Assembly (NCBI GenBank): GCA_016209715.1
Contig: JACQVP010000087.1
Span: 1-46,046 of the forward strand
Direction: 5' to 3'
DNA: 46,046 bases
Source of the DNA: Candidatus Omnitrophota bacterium
GTDB taxonomy: Bacteria > Omnitrophota > Omnitrophia > Omnitrophales > Omnitrophaceae
Below are positions 42,751 to 46,046 of this stretch, piece by piece. The notes below the pieces were generated by a model that worked only from the letters and a program-made list of their open reading frames with translations, did no database searches and was not told the DNA's origin. How positions within the stretch are numbered: the stretch's first letter is position 1; every line of letters starts with the position of its first letter. Position numbers and translations under genes: made by a program.

Positions 42751-45434
42751 AACTGTCCCTGCTGGAAAAAATACTCGTCGCATTCGGCCTGGCCGTCATG
42801 GGCCTGACGGCGGCGGGATGGATTTCGTACTGGAGCGCGGCCATTTTTCTGGTCGTCGCGCTGGCTTTCGTCGTCGTCGAGCGGGATTTCACCGGCCGGC
42901 GACAGGCGGAGACGGCCCTCTTGAAGAGCCAGCGGGAAGTCCAGCTGCTGCTGGATTCCACCGTGGAAGCGATCTACGGCCTGGACGCCAAAGGGCGCTG
43001 CAACTTTTGCAATCCAGCGTGCCTCGAGCTCCTGGGATACCAGGATCAGCGCGATTTGCTGGGACGCAACATGCATGAGCTCATCCACCACACCCGCGCG
43101 GACGGAAGTTTTTTTCCGGAAGCGGACTGCTTCGTGTATCAGGCCCGCCAGCTTGCCGCCGGAACCCACCGGGACGACGAAGTTTACTGGCGCGCGGACG
43201 GGACCAGTTTTCCGGTGGAGTATTGGTCCTATCCAATCCGCGACGGCAAGGAAGTGCTCGGGACGGTCGTCACCTTTCTCGACATCAGTGAAAGAAAGCG
43301 GACGGAGCAGCGTTTGAACCTTCAGCACCGGATCACCTGCATCCTGGCGGACTGCGATTCGCTGGAAAGCGCCGCCGAAAAAATTTTGTATGAAATTTGC
43401 CGGCATCTCGGGTGGGGCGCCGGCGTGCTTTGGACGGTGAGGGAGGAGACCCTGCAGGCGGGGCCCTGCCACGCGGCGGGCGTGCCGAAGGACGCGCTGG
43501 ACGAGGCGTTTCAAGGGGTTCCGGTCCTTCGCGGCAAGGGGCTCCTGGGGCTCGCCTGGGAGGAACGCAAGCCGGTGTGGTCGCGGGAGATCAAATCGGA
43601 TCCGGCGGTCGAGGGAGCGGCCAATTTGTCCCGCCTCACCTTTGAGGCCGCGCTGGCTTTTCCGGTGATTCTGGGCGACCGGGTGCTGGGAGTGCTGGAA
43701 TTTTTTACCCGTCAGTTCTCGGAGCCCGATCCGGAGCTCCTGACTTTATTCGCGTCGGTCGGCAGCCAGTTGGGCCAGTACATGGAGCGCAGGAGGGCCG
43801 CCGAAGATCTGGAACAGGCCCGGGACGAGGCGGTTCAGGCCTCTCAAAGCAAATCGGAATTTCTGGCCACCATGAGCCACGAGATCCGCACGCCGATGAA
43901 CGCGATCCTCGGGATGACCGAACTCTTGGCGGAGACGCCGCTCACGTCCGAGCAAAAGGAATACCTGCAAATCCTGAAGCGGGGCGGCGAGTCTTTGCTC
44001 AAATTGATCAATGACGTGCTCGATCTCTCGAAGGTCGAGTCCGGGCAGATGGAGGCCGAGCAAAAGGAATTCAACCTCCGCGAGTTCATGGACGCGACGC
44101 TCGAATTCATGGCGTTCCGGGCGCACCAGAAAGGGCTGGAACTGACCTGCCGGATCCTGCCGGGAGTGCCCGAAACCGTCATCGGAGATTCGCACCGCCT
44201 GCGTCAAATCCTGGTCAACCTGGTCGGAAACGCCATCAAATTCACCCACAAGGGCGAGATCTATCTGGAAATCATTTTGGCCGAGAGGCCTTCGGCCGCC
44301 GGGAACGCGGTGCTCCGGTTCTCCGTGCGCGACACGGGGATCGGGATCCCGGCCGAAAAAATACACACGATTTTCAGCCCCTTTTCCCAGGCGGATTCTT
44401 CCACCACGCGACGTTACGGCGGCACCGGTCTGGGACTGAGCATCTCCAAGAAACTGATCGAATTCCTGGGCGGGAATATCCGCGTGGAAAGCAAGATCCT
44501 CGAAGGCACTACGTTTTATTTCGATTTGCCTTTCGGCTTCCAGAGCGGCAAGCCCCAGGTCGCCCCCGCGGCTCCGATCCCTCAGGAATTTTGGGGCACG
44601 CGGACCTTGATCGTGGACGACAACGCGACCTCGCGGTTTGTGCTCAAGGAGATCCTCGAGACCTGGGGATTTTCGGTCCGCGAAGCCGAGGCCGCCCGCG
44701 CCTGCTTCACGGAAATCCGCTCGGCCGCGGAAAGAGGCGCGCCGTATCAATTGCTGTTCATCGATTGCCGCATGTCGGGCATGGGGGGATTCGAGGTGGC
44801 CCGGTGGGTGCGCAATGAGATCAGCGCCGACACGGCGATCCTCATGCTGCTGACCGCGGACGCGAGGGCGAGCGACGCCGAAGATGCGAAAAATCTGGGC
44901 GTCTCGGCCTCGATCGTCAAGCCCGTGAAAAAGCAATCCCTCCGCGACGCCGTCCTCAGCGTGATGGAGCAGAGGATCGAGCATCTCCGGCGCCAGCCCG
45001 CGGACCAGGGGATCGCGGAAAAGATCGTCCGGGACGGCTTTGATCTCCTGCTGGTGGACGATTCGGACGACAACCGGTTGCTGATCAAGGCCTACTTGAA
45101 ACGGACCCCGTACCGGATCGACATCGCCGAGAACGGTCAAATCGCGCTGCAAAAATTCATCAGCGGTCATTACGATTTGATCCTCATGGACATGCACATG
45201 CCGTACATGGACGGATACACCGCGACGCGCCAAATCCGGGATTGGGAAGTCAAACATTCCGCTCGGACGCGGACCCCGATCATCGCCCTCACCGCCGATG
45301 CCTTCAAAGCCGACATTGCCAAGTGCCTGGACGCGGGTTGCGATTCCCATTTGGCCAAGCCGATCAAGAAAGAGGACCTTCTCAAGACTGTGAGCGGTTA
45401 TTGCCCGCCCGCATCCGGACTTTTTGGCACTTAA
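42747..45434 (+). CDS. Hybrid sensor histidine kinase (2 TM, PAS, GAF, HisKA, HATPase_c, REC, REC)
   Basis: Domains in order:
- two N-terminal TM helices with no periplasmic loop
- a PAS domain
- a GAF domain
- H-box FLATMSHEIRTPMNAI
- N/G boxes VNLVGNAIKFT, RDTGIGI and GGTGLGLSI
- receiver 1 (LIVDDN, LLFIDCRMSGMGG, LLTAD, IVKPV)
- receiver 2 (LLVDDSDDN, LILMDMHMPYMDG, IALTAD, LAKPI)
The start shares ATGA with the ATPase stop. Confidence 0.9.
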   Translation: MKLSLLEKILVAFGLAVMGLTAAGWISYWSAAIFLVVALAFVVVERDFTGRRQAETALLKSQREVQLLLDSTVEAIYGLDAKGRCNFCNPACLELLGYQDQRDLLGRNMHELIHHTRADGSFFPEADCFVYQARQLAAGTHRDDEVYWRADGTSFPVEYWSYPIRDGKEVLGTVVTFLDISERKRTEQRLNLQHRITCILADCDSLESAAEKILYEICRHLGWGAGVLWTVREETLQAGPCHAAGVPKDALDEAFQGVPVLRGKGLLGLAWEERKPVWSREIKSDPAVEGAANLSRLTFEAALAFPVILGDRVLGVLEFFTRQFSEPDPELLTLFASVGSQLGQYMERRRAAEDLEQARDEAVQASQSKSEFLATMSHEIRTPMNAILGMTELLAETPLTSEQKEYLQILKRGGESLLKLINDVLDLSKVESGQMEAEQKEFNLREFMDATLEFMAFRAHQKGLELTCRILPGVPETVIGDSHRLRQILVNLVGNAIKFTHKGEIYLEIILAERPSAAGNAVLRFSVRDTGIGIPAEKIHTIFSPFSQADSSTTRRYGGTGLGLSISKKLIEFLGGNIRVESKILEGTTFYFDLPFGFQSGKPQVAPAAPIPQEFWGTRTLIVDDNATSRFVLKEILETWGFSVREAEAARACFTEIRSAAERGAPYQLLFIDCRMSGMGGFEVARWVRNEISADTAILMLLTADARASDAEDAKNLGVSASIVKPVKKQSLRDAVLSVMEQRIEHLRRQPADQGIAEKIVRDGFDLLLVDDSDDNRLLIKAYLKRTPYRIDIAENGQIALQKFISGHYDLILMDMHMPYMDGYTATRQIRDWEVKHSARTRTPIIALTADAFKADIAKCLDAGCDSHLAKPIKKEDLLKTVSGYCPPASGLFGT

Positions 45435-45493
45435 AAAGACACTGCGCCAAATTGACTCACCCCCTGTTATTCTCGCAAGCGCCTTAGAAATTC

Positions 45494-45528
45494 AATAAAT
45501 CCTTCATTTGATTTATTTTGCATAAATC
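45494..45528. promoter_or_regulatory. Interlocked inverted repeats upstream of hsp20 (candidate operator or alternative hairpins)
   Basis: AATAAATC (45494-45501), GATTTATT (45510-45517) and ATAAATC (45522-45528). The central copy is complementary to both flanking copies. It overlaps a weak TTGCAT-N18-CACAAT promoter candidate (45518-45547). Confidence 0.35.
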
Positions 45529-45603
45529 TAACCTCGTTCTTCACAATTGGCATCCGGAATGAATTATGGAAGCGTTCGTCAAACCATACATAAGGAGGAT
45601 GCC

Positions 45604-46046
45604 ATGACACTGATTCCATTGAGGCAGAGAGAAAGCGGTTGGTGGGAACCTTTTCGGGACCTGGAGCGGATCCAGGACGAGATGAACAAGCTTTTTGATT
45701 TCTCGCTGGCTAAATCTTCCGGCAAGAATTCGACTTTTGTCTGGAATCCCGCGGTGGATGTCTATGAGACAAAAGATCATGTGATCGTCAAGGCCGACCT
45801 GCCGGGGATGGAGAAGGACGAGATCCAGGTTTCCGTCCAGGGCGACACCTTGATCATCAAAGGCGAGAAGAAGCAGGAGAAAGAACACAAAGAGGAAGAC
45901 TATGTGAGGACCGAGCGCGCTTACGGGTCGTTTTACCGGGCGCTTGCGCTCCCCGAGTCGGTCGACTCCGACAAGGTCAAAGCGGCCTACAAGAACGGGG
46001 TCCTCGAGCTGACCTTGCCCAAAAAAGAAGAGGTCAAGCCGAAGCA
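45604..46046 (+). CDS. Hsp20/alpha-crystallin small heat-shock protein (3' end beyond window)
   Basis: Not in the ORF track because there is no stop in the window. ATG 45604 lies 4 nt after AAGGAGGA. Alpha-crystallin domain: AVDVYETKDHVIVKADLPGMEKDEIQVSVQGDTLIIKGEKK...GSFYRALALPESVDSDKVKAAYKNGVLELTLPK. Confidence 0.9.
   Translation, partial: MTLIPLRQRESGWWEPFRDLERIQDEMNKLFDFSLAKSSGKNSTFVWNPAVDVYETKDHVIVKADLPGMEKDEIQVSVQGDTLIIKGEKKQEKEHKEEDYVRTERAYGSFYRALALPESVDSDKVKAAYKNGVLELTLPKKEEVKPK

Noticed and set aside
45425-45440. Sigma54 promoter (TGGCAC at 45425-45430) ahead of hsp20
   Set aside because: The required TTGC element 5 nt downstream is absent (the sequence is TTAAAAAGAC). The TGGCAC lies within the last codons of the kinase gene.

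Overview
This 46-kb segment is GC-rich in coding regions, has short and sharply AT-rich spacers, and is almost fully coding. It looks like chromosome from a diderm (LPS-making) bacterium. By eye I cannot place the lineage more closely.

I support about 44 protein genes and one tRNA-Lys(UUU). I saw no rRNA, CRISPR array, transposase, integrase or phage genes.

Gene order:
- hflK (5' truncated by the window) and hflC
- a tightly overlapped, folate-themed run: pabB-pabC-purH-folC-mnmE
- a low-complexity secreted protein
- class II ribonucleotide reductase nrdJ behind a 355-bp AT-rich control region
- an SPL-family radical-SAM gene plus a GT2 glycosyltransferase (minus strand)
- two orphan response regulators plus a DUF3568-like lipoprotein
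- a lipid A / LPS-export block: lpxB, an Nramp-like transporter, a Gfo/Idh/MocA oxidoreductase and msbA
- rpsB-tsf-pyrH-frr, a TPR protein, then tRNA-Lys
- a lipoprotein, then GST-DUF429-pepN
- several hypothetical secreted proteins
- pfkA-ptsN plus an unannotated 53-aa entericidin-like lipoprotein ORF
- an M48 protease, DUF420, malQ and terC
- a partial hsp20 at the 3' end

The most unusual locus is 40.3-45.4 kb. It is a translationally coupled Hpt gene, a GspE/PilB-type secretion ATPase carrying a C-terminal receiver domain, and a PAS-GAF hybrid histidine kinase with two receivers. This reads as a multi-step phosphorelay ending on a motor ATPase, and no cognate secretion or pilus machinery lies nearby.

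Other patterns:
- Sigma70-like promoters are very recognisable. Several sit so that the predicted transcription start coincides with the start codon, which suggests leaderless mRNAs.
- lpxB and its divergent neighbour have overlapping promoters within a 39-bp spacer.
- Every convergent gene pair overlaps or nearly abuts at the 3' ends.
- The many long antisense ORFs in the track are compositional shadows.

All family calls come from motif recognition by eye. No searches were run.
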